Shown piece after piece: positions 10,593 through 22,961 of a stretch of 64,000 nucleotides of DNA. Numbering within the stretch: the first letter of the stretch is position 1; every line of letters starts with the position of its first letter. The DNA is from an uncultured Nitrososphaerota archaeon. GTDB taxonomy: Archaea > Thermoproteota > Nitrososphaeria > Nitrososphaerales > CADDZS01. Below the pieces are notes generated by a model. The model was not told the origin of the DNA, made no database searches, and saw nothing but the letters and a program-made list of their open reading frames with translations. Position numbers and translations under genes: made by a program. The DNA lies in the NCBI GenBank assembly GCA_963799845.1, contig CAWCYI010000004.1, positions 1,248,001 through 1,312,000 on the forward strand, read 5' to 3'.

Positions 10593-11196
10593 TGCAGAAC
10601 ACGAGTTACCAGACCCTGCGCATATTTACCGATTTCTGTAACATCGAAATTTTGGATGATGTCAAGAAGAAGTAGAATTCATCAGTCAAGGACAAGCAGA
10701 TCTTAAGGCGACAACACAAACACAAACGAAATTCGCTTCAGACTTCCGTCACGGACAGATCTCAAAGCAGTTCTGTCAAATTGAAAGTTATTATAAGAAC
10801 AGAAAACGAGTCGCCGCCCTTTTTTTACTCGCAGGCCATTGTTATACTGAAAAATATTTTCCATCTCTGCAATTGTACAAAGAACCTTAAACTAAGATCG
10901 TACCGAGCTGGAACAGAAGCACAGTTTGGTTTAGAAGGCAACCGTTTTCTTAATTACGGAGTGGAAGTTGTCGTGTAGCTCCGAAACACGTCTGATAGAT
11001 GGTCAATGAACAGAATCTATCGCGATTTCTCTTCAGAAGCTCCGATCGCTCGAACTGCACTTAGAAAAGATACTCATGATGACAGTATTGTCGGAGTAGG
11101 CTCTGTCGAGATAAAGGGGACTTTTTTGTAACGAGTCTTGATGATACAAATCTCAACGAATACCGAAAATAAGATAAGGGCACGGAGAATTTTCTC

Positions 11197-12412
11197 TTGG
11201 GAGAAGAGAGTGACGCGACAGTGAGATTTGCAAAGAGGATGTCTACCCAGCCTGCACAAGCGTTTTCAAATTATGAAAAAGCTATAGAATTGGAGCGTAG
11301 TGGTGTTGATATCATCAAAATGGGTGTCGGGAGTCCTTCCTTCGATACCCCCGCTAACATAAAGGAAGCAACCAAGCGTGCCCTAGATCTCGGATTTGTT
11401 CACTACGATGAAATGGCCGGTCTGAAAGAATTCAGATATGCATTGGAAGAGAAGCTTGCCAAGGTTAATGGCATCAAGGCCGATCCTGATACACAGATTC
11501 TTGTGACGTCAGGCCTTACCCTGGGAGCTTATGCCGCAATCATGGCACTAATCGACGAAGGAGATGAACTGGTCAACTTTGATCCTGGTTATACAACACA
11601 TGACAAGAGAGTTGCTTTCGCGGGTGGAAAAGTTGCTTATGCATCCCTCAAGAAAAGTGAACACTATCTCCTCAACAAGCATGAGTTAGAAAAAGCCATC
11701 AATCCAAGGACTCGAGCCATCCTATGGGTTGATCCACACAATCCGTTGGGCCGCGTTTTCAGTCGAAGCGAGATTGAAATAGTCGCAGAGGTCGCAAAGG
11801 AGCACGACCTGGTAGTTCTTTCGGACGAAACCTATGAGTACTTTACTTACGATGGAAGGAAACATATCAGTATAGCTAGCCTCCCTGGGATGGCTGAGAG
11901 AACAGTCAGTCTTTTCACCTTTACAAAGGCATATGCAATGGATGGATGGCGTCTAGGCTACGCGACTGGTCCTGAAGTAATAATCAACGAAATGAAAAAA
12001 GTAACGACCGCGGCACATACTCACGTGAACACGTTTATTCAGAAGGGAGACTGTAGAAGCGGTCAAGGGTGATCAGAGGGCAGTTCAGGAGATGGTTTTA
12101 GAAGACAACAGACGAAGAGAATTGTCCGTCAAAAGACTCAATGAAATGGATGGTGTCTCATGCCATATTCCAGAAGGATCAATTTACGCTTTTCCAGATT
12201 TTGGTAATTATGGAATAAATTCTGATAAGCTAGAAGAATTTTTTCTCGATAGGGCCCACGTAACTGCTTTATCTGGGCTGGAATTCGGAAAACAAGGGGC
12301 AGGGCACATTAGAATTTGTTTTGGCGCGGTTTCCTACAATAGACTAAACGAAGGACTAGACAGAATCCAAAAAGTTCTTCCTGAATTAGCTAGCGTTGCC
12401 CTTCCAGTTTAG
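11197..12412 (+). CDS. PLP-dependent aminotransferase class I/II, +1 frameshift near 12049
   Basis: PHNPLG, SDETYE and FTKAYAMDGWRLGY (PLP lysine). Removing one A joins QKGAVEAVKGDQRAVQEM to ORF 12092-12412. Confidence 0.9.
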
Positions 12413-12741
12413 GCAATTTAAAATCATGGCCGTCGCTTAGCCAAACTTGCCTCGTGAGACTGGTGATTCAACCGCTTTTTCTCCGGAAGAGAAATATGGA
12501 TGAAGCTTGGACTAACCTCAACTTATTGTTGAAGATTACTCAATCACAGACAGTGAGGATGAGGTCGAATGGTTTGTTACAGCCTCTTTTCGAATCTTCA
12601 ACTTGGGACTTATATTTTCAAAGATCTTACGAAACTGTTTATTCCTAGGGACAGAGGTCTAGACAAGGTATAATATTTACCAGCTTACCCACCAGTAGAG
12701 TTCCCAAAATAACCTTGGCAAGATTTTTCTAACTGATCCGC

Positions 12742-13215
12742 ATGAACACGCATATGTCACTTGAAGCTAGAATTCAAGTCCTTGAGGATATTGAAAGCAT
12801 AAAGAAACTGAAGTATTCTTACGCTTACAGAATGGATGAAAGAGATTGGGACGGGGTAATCGACCTATTTGCCATCAAAGGCCAAGCAGATTGGGGAGTT
12901 TACGGCTTTTGCGCTACCCGGAAAGATCTCGAATCTTATTTTCGCGAAACACAGCCAAAATTCTTTTCCTTTCACATTCACATGCTACACAATCCGATAA
13001 TAAATATCCAAGGGAATGGGGCAACTGGCCTATGGTACCTGACAGAACCCGCGACATCTAAAGGCACAGCTCTTTGGATTTCAGGAAAATATGAAGACGA
13101 GTATATCAGAGAAGAAAAAGAATGGAAAATCGCGAAAACCAAGTTAAGATGCTTTTATTTAACCCCCTTCGATCAGGGATGGGAAAAAGAGAAAGTATTT
13201 TCTGAAGTCAAGTAA
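12742..13215 (+). CDS. NTF2-like/SnoaL_4 protein (BaiE/LinA-like)
   Basis: LEDIESIKKLKYSYAYRMD, HMLHNP and GKYEDEY...WKI motifs. Confidence 0.85.
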   Translation: MNTHMSLEARIQVLEDIESIKKLKYSYAYRMDERDWDGVIDLFAIKGQADWGVYGFCATRKDLESYFRETQPKFFSFHIHMLHNPIINIQGNGATGLWYLTEPATSKGTALWISGKYEDEYIREEKEWKIAKTKLRCFYLTPFDQGWEKEKVFSEVK

Positions 13216-13551
13216 AATATGATTACTGCCTTATATCGAAGGAGAAACTACTTCATTGATTCCCACATTTCTGATTTATCTTGGAGAATAGTTTGATGTG
13301 AAAACTAGGTTCCTTAGCTACAGGAATGTTTCGTTAAATCAGAATTTAGTTTGGGCATTTTCGATATATCTGTCGTTACATTAGATGAACTTTAGTCTAG
13401 GAAATTTTGACGTTGGCTGCGATTAGAGTTGCCTCCGCACCGAGCATTCATGGTTAGCATATAGCTATTCGAAAGTGTCCGGTTGCTCTTATTATGATTG
13501 AGTTAGTGCAGTGAAGATCCACTCTTAGTACTAAGTATAAATAGGCCGCCT

Positions 13552-15865
13552 TTGTCCTCGAACATTATGTTGCCAAGAGGATCAACCGTTAATGCAAGAG
13601 AAGGAGTGAGTAGATCGTTAATCATAGTAGTTGTTGTCATTGTGATAGTGATATTCGCTGTAGGCGCCTACATAGCTACTACTTCCTCAACCTCTTCTGT
13701 TACCACTACAAGTTCATCCTCCTCTTCACTTCAGCTCGTCCTCCTCTGCAACTAGCTCGTCTTCCTCTTCATTGTCAACGTCTAGCTTGGCCTCGCAAAG
13801 TTCCTCATCGGTCCAAGTCTCATCTTCTTCGGTTGTCAGTAGTTCGACGACTAGCAGTTCTACCGCGACCACCACCGCTACTTCCAGCACTGTTCAGGTT
13901 CCATCCTCTCTGACTTATGAGACCATATACACTCCTGAATACCTAGATCCGGGAATCACCTATCATCCGTATGATTTCAATATCATGCAGAACATTTACG
14001 AACCACTGCTTTGGTACAACGGAGCCAATGGTACCTCTACAATTCCTTGGCTAGCCCAGAATTATACTATATCCCCTAATGGAACCGAGGCCTTCTTCAC
14101 CCTGAGAAGCGGAATAACATTCCAAGATGGTGAGCCGCTCAACTCAACGGCAGTCTACTTCTCGCTAAACAGATTGCTGATAAATGATGGTAGCACGCCA
14201 AGCACACACGGGACAGAAGCTGCGTGGATATTGCAACAAGTAGAAAACTTTAGCTTGAGCACGGCTTTCACCGGACCTCATGCCTACAACCAAGCGTGGT
14301 TGAATAAGGTTCTGGCCGAAAATGTCGTGCAAATAACCGGACCCTTGACTTTTACCATTCATGTAGAGAGTCCTGATGCATCTCTCCCATTCCTCTTGGC
14401 AGGACAATGGGCTGAAATTGTTGCGCCAGATTTCGTGATGCAGCACGACTTGGCTCTTTGGAATCAATCGAGCATGGGCTATACGCTTCCATACCCCTCA
14501 ATCGGAGGGGGTAATGAAACTGCTCTTGTAAACGAGTACTTTGCCGATCAGGTTGCAACTTGCAATTCAGGCGCGACTCCGACGGGATGTGGGACCACTT
14601 ACCTAGATGGATCTTACAATGGTGCCTCTGCGGGAACCGGTCCGTATAGTGTAGTTAGTGTGGGCAAATCCTCAAATGATATCGTTTTGAGCGCGAATTC
14701 TAATTATTGGGGAGGGGCCTATCAATACATGAGAGGGGCTAAAGTAACTCCACAGATAAAAACTATCGACATCAAGTATATCGCTCAGATTTCAACTCGC
14801 GAAGTGGATCTGCAGAACGCTGCACACTCAGGACAAGCAATGGCGATAGATCTTCCGAATGATAATTTGTATGACGTTGCCGATAGGAACGCCTGGCTTA
14901 CAAATGGATCACTGGAATCTATAATCCCTGGAGTCACAATCTCTGGTCCTTATACCAACTACAATGTGTTCGAAACTCCATTCGGAATGAATGTAACTAA
15001 CCCCCTCACTGGCACCTTCTACAAGTTCCAACCTTTCGCAGACTTGCGAATTAGATTGGCTTTCGCTGATTCGGTCAATATGACTGACATCAATGAACAG
15101 GAAAACAACAACATGGGAGTCGTGGCTAATAGCCCGTTTGGGCCAGGGTTCCCACCGGCTGGAACATACAATTCATCAATCACCACAAGGTATGCCTTCA
15201 ACCTGACGGCCGTGCAGGATTTCCTTCTCAGCGCTATGGAGCAACCGTTAACTCACTTCAACTTCGAAAATGGGACTAGCGCACCCGCTGGACTATTCAA
15301 CAATACATTTGGGTGCCCGACTCTGGGCTCTTCTGGAACATGCTCCAGTCCCGTTGCACAGACCATACCTCTCTATTACAACGCAGGCGACACGGTCAGC
15401 GAGGCAATTCTCACTGAAATGGCTTCTGCAATTAACAATGTCAGCTCCACATACAACATGGGATTAACCGCTACGGTTGTTCCGATTCCTGAGGGACAGC
15501 TCACGACATATGCTATAAGTGGCGAGGTGTTCACGTGGCCGTCAACAATTACTAACGACTATCCTTGGGTAATGGACTTTCTCGGTCCGTTTTACGCCCC
15601 CTACGATATTCTTCCAGGCCCACAGGGCTGGAACCTACAAGTAATGGGAACACTGTTCTCCCAAGCTTCCACCGCCAACTCAGTCAGGAACGTAACCGGG
15701 CTTGTCAAGGTAACAAATATGATGAATGCAATAGCAAACCAGCAAGTGATGTACTTCTGGGAGTACTACCCCAGAGTCTTTCAAGTGATGACTTCTAATG
15801 TTCAAGGATATTACTACAATCCAGCCCTGGTTGGTACAATAGAATATTTCGCGACTCTGTACTAA
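13552..15865 (+). CDS. ABC transporter family-5 solute-binding protein with TM anchor and Ser/Thr linker, frameshift near 13730
   Basis: Anchor in 13552-13755 joins 13772-15865; LDP, IYEPL, LRSGITFQDG and GTGPY motifs. Confidence 0.9.
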
Positions 15866-16289
15866 CACAAATGTAGACAGGACTACGAAGGTTTAAGATC
15901 GAATCCATCATGGGCAGATCAAATGATCAGACCATGACCGGGTCTATGCTTCTATCTCATGGATCCCTCCTTCGGTCGCCACTTCCACGCTAGGTGAGCT
16001 GTTTGGCTTTTTCACTCGCCGGTTTCTCAGATCGTTTCTTGAATAGCATCTTTCCATTTGATCACAGCTTTTGGATTCTGGAAAGACCGGGATTGGAACA
16101 GTTTGTGAAGACGATCGTCCTCGGTCAGCAACATATAGTTAGAGCAGGCTGCCGTCCAATAGATCTGTCTATCAAAATAATCTCGCAGATCTGCTCTAGT
16201 TAGCAGTGCGTCTGAGAGCTCTTCCAGATGCTAGAGAATCAACCATAGATTCCCTGTTCCTTTTGCATCTGCTCGCTAAGCTTCTCGGC

Positions 16290-16437
16290 GTTAGCGTTTC
16301 CAGTGGAGGCCTTGTTAGCAGTTGTTCGATTAAACAGCTCAGAAGGCCAGTTCGGCATGTATTGTGTCCAGAGTGAGCGAAATATCGTACACTTTCAATT
16401 TTCTTAACGCTGCGATGGCTTCACTTGCAGTCGACAT
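16290..16437 (-). pseudogene. Possible degraded cyclase-family (kynurenine formamidase-like) N-terminal remnant
   Basis: MSTASEAIAALRKLKVYDISLTLDT, then after a frameshift MPNWPSE. The HTGTH motif was not found. Confidence 0.3.
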
Positions 16438-16558
16438 TACGGTCTTGCCTGAAATGACGTAAACCAAAAAGTATTTTGGCTCTTATTAGGCACACATATA
16501 TCAAAAGTTACCCTGAGATGACCTTTTCAGAACTCAGGGCCAAATAGTTACAGTTACT

Positions 16559-17572
16559 TCAGCTTCTGAGCGGAGGAAGAATATCCCGTCCGATCGTCCT
16601 GATCGCTTCTGAAATATCCGGCCCGAGAGGACCGCCCAGAGAAACTTGAGTTACTCCCGCCTTTTCCATCTGAGCAATCCTCTCCACGCACTCCGAGATG
16701 CTTCCAGTTATCCCGAGTCGGAGCATATCATCAGTCACTAGTTCGCTCGCCAAATCGTATCTCCCCCGATCAATCTCCTTCCTGATTCCTGCGAAATCTT
16801 GCACTTTCAGACCCGCTGCACCCATTTCTTCATCCTTCAAAAATGGAGCAAAATACGCGATGACCGGCTTCATCAGTTCCGTCGCTTTCTTCGGATCTTC
16901 CTTTGAAACTGAAATCCAGACAAATCCTGCAATATCCACATCTTTCTGGTCTCTCGAAGCCCTCTTACAGCCCTCGTGTATCGCTTTCACAACATAAGGA
17001 GCTGATTCAGGTGGCGCCATCATAGGAGTGGCTCCATCTCCGATCTCACCACACAAATTAAGGAAATCTTTCCCGTGAGCCGAAATGTAAATCGGTGGAT
17101 TTTCTCTAAACGGCTTGAATCTCAGGTACGCCTGATCAGTCCAGTGAAATTCCTTTCCATTGAATGGCTCAGCTTTTTCCTGGCCGTAAGACCGAAAACA
17201 ATCACGGATGAGCTGGACTGCTTCCCTTGTCCTCGTTACAGGATCTCTTGCGTCGATACCTACCCATCGGAGCATTTCAGTAGTGTGGTGCCCCAGACTA
17301 AGAACTGCTCGACCCTTCGAAAGCTCGTCCAGAGTTGCAAATAGAGTTGCTATTTCATCTGGCGCGACACTGTAGGGACTCGTGTAAATCGGCAATTTGA
17401 TCTTCTGGGTATGGCTCGCCGCGGCACAAACGATCGGCCACGAGCTACGCAAAAATGTGTCGTGCGAAAACCAGCAAAAATCAAATCCGCATTCTTCCGA
17501 AAGGATTCCCCAAGCAAGCTGTTCGTTCGCATCATGCCATCCAAGGAATCTAGAACCGAATTTCATTACCAC
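16559..17572 (-). CDS. LLM-class flavin/F420-dependent oxidoreductase (Mer-like)
   Basis: GFDFCWFSHD, ATLDELSKGRAVLSLG and GVTQVSLGGPLGPD motifs. Confidence 0.85.
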   Translation of the reverse strand: MVMKFGSRFLGWHDANEQLAWGILSEECGFDFCWFSHDTFLRSSWPIVCAAASHTQKIKLPIYTSPYSVAPDEIATLFATLDELSKGRAVLSLGHHTTEMLRWVGIDARDPVTRTREAVQLIRDCFRSYGQEKAEPFNGKEFHWTDQAYLRFKPFRENPPIYISAHGKDFLNLCGEIGDGATPMMAPPESAPYVVKAIHEGCKRASRDQKDVDIAGFVWISVSKEDPKKATELMKPVIAYFAPFLKDEEMGAAGLKVQDFAGIRKEIDRGRYDLASELVTDDMLRLGITGSISECVERIAQMEKAGVTQVSLGGPLGPDISEAIRTIGRDILPPLRS

Positions 17573-17611
17573 TTTTCAGTGAATCACCGATGCGGAGAGT
17601 GCGTCCTTGAA

Positions 17612-19711
17612 CTAACCCTTGGTGAACTGGTAGAAGTACGGCCCAGGAAAAGCTGCATTGAAGACAAACCCACTGATCCAGCTTCTGAACATCTGTCCGG
17701 TCTCTCCAAAGACAGACGGGTAAAATAGGAACGCGTACCCAACATCTTGGTTGAGCAGTAGAGTTGCTTCACTGATCAGATTCTGCCTCAGCGTCGAGTT
17801 CGTCTCTGCAGCCTGTTGGTTGACCAGATTGAGGTACTGCGTATTGTTGTAGCTGTCAAATAGTCCGATGTCAAGTGCGCTGCTGAAGCTCGCGAGGTAA
17901 TCAGTTGCATCAGCGTAGTCAAGGCTGAACGAGATCGCTTCTACCGGCGTGTATCCGCCGACGATTCCCGACACATACTCCGATTCCGTCTGAGGGGTAA
18001 CTACGATCGTGATGCCGAGCCCCATGTTGTTGATGTTAGTTGCGAGTTCGGTCGATACCGCCTCACCGGTGCTATCGCCTATCGCATACACTATCTGGAT
18101 CGTCTGCGGATTCGAAGAGTTGAACCCGAGCGCCTTTGCAGCGATTGTGAGATTCCCTTGCGAATCTGTCAGGTTGTAGTTATAGTAAAGCGGAATGGAC
18201 GCGTTGTACCCGTTCATTCCATAAGGCACTACCCCGTTCGCAAGACGCCCTAACCCACTGGCGGCGTTGTATAATATGTCGGAAGCATTTATCGCATCAG
18301 CAAATGCGAGCCTGAAATTCTTGTTCCGGAATGGTTGGAATGACGCGACAGTCCCGTCGGGATTTAAGATCTTGTAATTCCAGGCGATGTAATACATGTT
18401 GAGCTCCGTGTTCGGCCCGTAAATCGACACTCCCGGCGTCGTTGGTACAACTTGCTGCGAAGTCTGCCAGGCGGTCTTGTTCATGAATGCGAAAATGTCA
18501 CTCGTCGCAATATCCGAGATATCAGCGGCGCCGGACTTTAGGTCTAGTACTCTCGCAGAATCACTCTGTACAAAGTTGATGTCGACCTCTGATACCTTTG
18601 CAATTCCCTGTCCGCTCGGAGAACCCCAGTAGTTCTGGTTGGCTACCAGCACAACGTCTCCTGTAGTCTGGTCCCAGCTCTGTAACTGAAACGGACCAGT
18701 TCCGGACATATGATCGTTCAGGAAGGGGTCCTGAGATCCTGCGGTGACTCCCGTGATGTACCCGTGACCATTTGTAGGCTGTGTCCAGTGGGATATTGTG
18801 TACGACGGCGAAACGATTTCAGCGACAGACAGAGGAAGTAGATAGGGAAAAGAGGCGTCCGCGTACCCGAGATGGAAAATGACTTGATATGGATTTGATC
18901 CCACCACGACGCCGTTTGAGCTTATGAATGCATTTACCTGGCTCTGGTTGTAAGTCGGTGAGCCCTTTCCGTACGTCGCACTGTAATCATAAGATCCGTT
19001 GATAATTCCGGGAGCTTGTGTGCCGACGAGCAGTCCGAGAGTCGAAGAAGACGAATCTGTGAGAACCGCCCTGTTGATGCTAAATACGACCGCTGACGCA
19101 TTAAACGGAGTACCGTCTTGGAATTTAATACCCTGCCTCAAGTTGAAAGTGTAGGTTAATCCGTCCGACGAAACGATGTAGTTCTGGGCCAGCCAAGGAT
19201 AGACTATCTTGGTAGAGTTGCCCTCGTATTGCAGAAGGTTCTCGTAGACATTGAACTGGACCGTCTGCGACCCAGAGTCAGAATAGTATGCCGGATCGAG
19301 CGAAGAAAGCAGGTTCGAGGTCTCGTAAACAATCTTCCCAGGATTCTGGACGGCGATTGAAGTACTACTAGATGTTTGACTCGTACTCAGTTGGCTTGTA
19401 GTAGATTCGCTGGATGTCAGAGAAGAGGATGAAGTCGAAACTTGGCTCGAGCTGGTCAATAAGGATGATGTTGAGGACAATGGAGACGACGATGAAGATG
19501 ATGTCGTAGACGAACTCGTAGTAATTTGCGAGCTTGAGGAGGTTGATTTTGTACCGCCAAGGGTAAGTGCCGCATAGCCTCCAATCCCTGCCACAATGAT
19601 AATAATTAGGACAATTGCAACTAGAATGCTTCTTCCTATCGCTTTTCGATCGAATTTAGAGGTCGATCGAGGGTCAAAATACCACATGCCCGAAGGGTTT
19701 GTATGGCTCAC
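17612..19711 (-). CDS. ABC peptide/nickel family-5 solute-binding protein
   Basis: TM anchor, Ser/Thr linker, SLDPA, VYENL, LRQGIKFQDGTPFNA and GTGPF motifs. Confidence 0.92.
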   Translation of the reverse strand: MSHTNPSGMWYFDPRSTSKFDRKAIGRSILVAIVLIIIIVAGIGGYAALTLGGTKSTSSSSQITTSSSTTSSSSSSPLSSTSSLLTSSSQVSTSSSSLTSSESTTSQLSTSQTSSSTSIAVQNPGKIVYETSNLLSSLDPAYYSDSGSQTVQFNVYENLLQYEGNSTKIVYPWLAQNYIVSSDGLTYTFNLRQGIKFQDGTPFNASAVVFSINRAVLTDSSSSTLGLLVGTQAPGIINGSYDYSATYGKGSPTYNQSQVNAFISSNGVVVGSNPYQVIFHLGYADASFPYLLPLSVAEIVSPSYTISHWTQPTNGHGYITGVTAGSQDPFLNDHMSGTGPFQLQSWDQTTGDVVLVANQNYWGSPSGQGIAKVSEVDINFVQSDSARVLDLKSGAADISDIATSDIFAFMNKTAWQTSQQVVPTTPGVSIYGPNTELNMYYIAWNYKILNPDGTVASFQPFRNKNFRLAFADAINASDILYNAASGLGRLANGVVPYGMNGYNASIPLYYNYNLTDSQGNLTIAAKALGFNSSNPQTIQIVYAIGDSTGEAVSTELATNINNMGLGITIVVTPQTESEYVSGIVGGYTPVEAISFSLDYADATDYLASFSSALDIGLFDSYNNTQYLNLVNQQAAETNSTLRQNLISEATLLLNQDVGYAFLFYPSVFGETGQMFRSWISGFVFNAAFPGPYFYQFTKG

Positions 19712-19740
19712 TTAAAAGTTTCTTTATTTCTCATTATATT

Positions 19741-20976
19741 CTAACTTCCGTTAGATCCGCATAGGTCGAGTCCGGTTAGGGCATAAATCTTCGTAACAGC
19801 TATCAGGTCATCGGCAGATACGAACTCGTTGGGCACGTGACAAGTATTGAGTGATCCCGCCCCGAACGTGACTCCCTGTACCCCCTTTTCCAAGTAATAG
19901 TATAGATCACCAGCGCCGACGATTCCCCCTCCGTAAGATGACCGGACTCTAGCTTTTGATGCAGCTTTCCTTATGGCTCTGACCAGTTGGCTATCAGAAT
20001 CGATTTCCTGTGCCTTCTGAGAAGATAAGATCTCTACCTCAGCAAATTCGAAATCAGGATTTTGTTTTTTGCATTCAGCGAGCAATTTCTCAACCAGTTT
20101 CACCAAGTCATTCGGAACAGTACCGGGTGAAATCGATACTCGGAAGATCAATTCGGCGACCTGAGGAGTCAAGCCAAAGTCAGAATCCGACCCGCCAGAG
20201 AACCATACTAGTCTTGCTTTGGAGAATTCTCTCTCTGATCTAATTTTCGACCAGAAGGAAACTGCACTCTCCAACGCGTTGACCCCAACCGGTGGATGAC
20301 CGGTCCGTCCGAGAAACTTTAGTTTCAGCGTGACTGATCCCGTGAAGATACCCCAGATGCTACCGATTCCGCTTGCCTCGGCATTTATGGCAAACTCGGG
20401 TCTGCCGAAGCCCATTTTTTCCAGCCCTCCGTGGCGAACCATGAATTCCATGCCGGCCCATGTCACATCTTTCGGTGCTTCATCATCAACAGTCCCGATC
20501 AGGAGAATTGGCTTCTGCAGTTCTGCTCCAGAATCCATCAAAGCCTTTGCCGCAAACAGCTGAGCGGCGAGTGAACACTTTGCATCGCATGCACCGCGCC
20601 CCCAGATCTTTCCATTAACTATTTTTCCGGAAAATGGGGGGTTTTTCCACTCGCTCAGGTCTCCAGCAGGAACGACGTCCATGTGCGTTCCAATCGATAG
20701 GCCGATATTTTTTCGAGACTTGCCCAACAAGGCTACGAAGTTGTTCCGTGGATAGGCGAGACCTCTCGCTTTGAGTGATTTCCTATCCGCAGAGATTTTG
20801 AAATAGTCAACGCCGATTTTTCTGTATTGATCTTCGAGGTAATCGACTATTCCTTGACAATCGTTCTTCGGATTTTCAGAGTTTATCTGGATCAGCTCAG
20901 AACAAGTCCGAGCTAGTTCTCTAGCATTCGAATCTATTGACGAGATGATTTTTTTCTCTTCAGATAGGACACTCAA
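19741..20976 (-). CDS. M20-family metallopeptidase (ArgE/DapE-like)
   Basis: HMDVVP, GRGACDAK, VDDE and CHVPNE motifs. Confidence 0.9.
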   Translation of the reverse strand: MSVLSEEKKIISSIDSNARELARTCSELIQINSENPKNDCQGIVDYLEDQYRKIGVDYFKISADRKSLKARGLAYPRNNFVALLGKSRKNIGLSIGTHMDVVPAGDLSEWKNPPFSGKIVNGKIWGRGACDAKCSLAAQLFAAKALMDSGAELQKPILLIGTVDDEAPKDVTWAGMEFMVRHGGLEKMGFGRPEFAINAEASGIGSIWGIFTGSVTLKLKFLGRTGHPPVGVNALESAVSFWSKIRSEREFSKARLVWFSGGSDSDFGLTPQVAELIFRVSISPGTVPNDLVKLVEKLLAECKKQNPDFEFAEVEILSSQKAQEIDSDSQLVRAIRKAASKARVRSSYGGGIVGAGDLYYYLEKGVQGVTFGAGSLNTCHVPNEFVSADDLIAVTKIYALTGLDLCGSNGS

Positions 20977-22936
20977 CTGCTTTCTCTCCGGTCTTGATAT
21001 ACGAACTGAACCACCAAAGCATCAGCTGCAGTCTCTCTACTCTGTGATGGGGCTTCCCTCCCCTCGATAGTCCATGACTTTCACCGGGGAAAACAGCGAA
21101 TACGACCTCCTTGCTCTGTCGCTTCAAGAAAGCATAGAGCTGCTCCGCCTGTTCCAGCCGACAGCGAAAGTCCTCTTCAGAGTGCATGATGAGAAGCGGC
21201 GTCGTGATTTCTTTCGTGTATGAAATTGGGGATTTCGCGAGATAGTGCTCGGGCCTGTCCCACGGGAAAGAGCCCTGTACGTCTTCCTCGATTAGTCGAT
21301 AGTCGTCGCTCGTTCCGTAGAAGCTGAACAAGTTCACGACGGATCGATCTGTGACCGCTGCCGCGAACAGCTTGCAGTGGCTGATCGCCCAGTTTGTAAG
21401 ATACCCACCGTACGAACCGCCGGTCACTCCGATTCTCCTCTCGTCGATCCACCCGCTTTCCACGATATGCCCTACCATATCGATAATGTCGGAATAGTCC
21501 TTTTCCATGTAGTGACCTGTCAGTACCTTCATGAAATCTTCACCGTACCCGACCGTACCCCGAAAGTTGCACGCCGCAACCGAGTAACCAAGGGCAGCCA
21601 AGCACTGGAACTCGAACATAAACCGGTATCCCTCGGTCCCGCCTCCACCATGAATTTGGACAATACACGACGGCTTTTCTCCATTTTGTTTTCCCAAAGC
21701 CGGCATGAAAAAGCCGTGCACTTCATGACCATCCCTTGCCCTAAAAGTGAACTCGCGTAATTCACTGAACTCGATCTCGGAGATGAGGTTTGCGTTGAGA
21801 GTCGAAACCTGTTGAGGATTAGAATTCGGATGTTGGAGATACAGTTCGACCGGATGAGTAGGATCCATCCTGGTAAATGCTATCGTTCCATTGTTGGAGA
21901 GGCTGAAGCCAGTTACTACCTGTCGTCCCGAAGTGACCTCTCTTACTTCGAGAGAACCTGTATCGGCCGCGAAGATATTGCATCTGCCCCGATCAGTTGC
22001 CGTGAAATAGATTGTCTTGGAACCGCTGTCCCACACGGGTTCAAGGGTGGAACTGTTCATCATCGAGTCTGAGTAAACGCTATTCCTTGACGGCCTGTCA
22101 AGTTCGTTTGAGACGCAGAACGTTTTTTGGTTCTTGATATCGTTAACCCACACCTGAACTGGAGTATTGAACTTGAATCTGTAGTCGTCACCGATGAACG
22201 CTATGTAATTCCCATCCGGGGAATATGAGAGGCTCGACATCGATCCCTTGTTCTTTGTGAGTTTCGAGATTCCTCCACCTCCGGAGGACACGGTGTAAAT
22301 GTCCAAATTATTCTGAAAATCAGCATCCTTCTCGATGTTAGATACAAAAGCGACAGTCTTCCCATCCGGAGACAAATCGAAGGCTACAACGTCAAACTCA
22401 CCCTGAGTGACCTGCCTAATTGCTCCATCTTCCAATGTCAACTCGAATACGTGTGTCCTCCTGTCATGCAAGTATCCCTCGCCATCGAACCGGTAATTCA
22501 TGCGGTTGATCAGACGAACGTCGGTCTTCGGCGTCCCGACTCGTAGCGGATCGGAATCGGAAAGAAACAACACGGATTTTTCATCGTGCGACCATCTTGG
22601 ACTCGAGATCTTCCTTTTCTCCAACCTAAGTATCTGGCGCCTGTCCAGTCCTGCTTGATTTGAAATCCAAAGTTCCTGAGAACCGTCTGTGTTTGATGAA
22701 AGATAGAAGAAGCGATCGCCGTTTTTTGAGAAGACCGGATTTGAAACGCGATCTCCAGTCGAGATAAGTGGAATCGCACGACCATCGGCATATTTCCAAA
22801 TTGAACTTGAGTAATCGTTTGGACCCTTTGCTCGAGTTACAGTGAAGAGAATTTGCGTTCCGTCCTGAGAGATCGTCGGATCGTGGACGAAATTGAAATT
22901 GTAAATGTCTTCTGGAGTTGCTTTGCGCATTGTCAC
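20960..22936 (-). CDS. S9 acylaminoacyl/dipeptidyl peptidase
   Basis: PD40-like propeller; GGSYGG nucleophile, HSEEDFRC and FPGESHGL. Confidence 0.93.
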   Translation of the reverse strand: MTMRKATPEDIYNFNFVHDPTISQDGTQILFTVTRAKGPNDYSSSIWKYADGRAIPLISTGDRVSNPVFSKNGDRFFYLSSNTDGSQELWISNQAGLDRRQILRLEKRKISSPRWSHDEKSVLFLSDSDPLRVGTPKTDVRLINRMNYRFDGEGYLHDRRTHVFELTLEDGAIRQVTQGEFDVVAFDLSPDGKTVAFVSNIEKDADFQNNLDIYTVSSGGGGISKLTKNKGSMSSLSYSPDGNYIAFIGDDYRFKFNTPVQVWVNDIKNQKTFCVSNELDRPSRNSVYSDSMMNSSTLEPVWDSGSKTIYFTATDRGRCNIFAADTGSLEVREVTSGRQVVTGFSLSNNGTIAFTRMDPTHPVELYLQHPNSNPQQVSTLNANLISEIEFSELREFTFRARDGHEVHGFFMPALGKQNGEKPSCIVQIHGGGGTEGYRFMFEFQCLAALGYSVAACNFRGTVGYGEDFMKVLTGHYMEKDYSDIIDMVGHIVESGWIDERRIGVTGGSYGGYLTNWAISHCKLFAAAVTDRSVVNLFSFYGTSDDYRLIEEDVQGSFPWDRPEHYLAKSPISYTKEITTPLLIMHSEEDFRCRLEQAEQLYAFLKRQSKEVVFAVFPGESHGLSRGGKPHHRVERLQLMLWWFSSYIKTGEKAVECPI

Positions 22937-22961
22937 AACCTCTCAACCACCGAAAATATAC

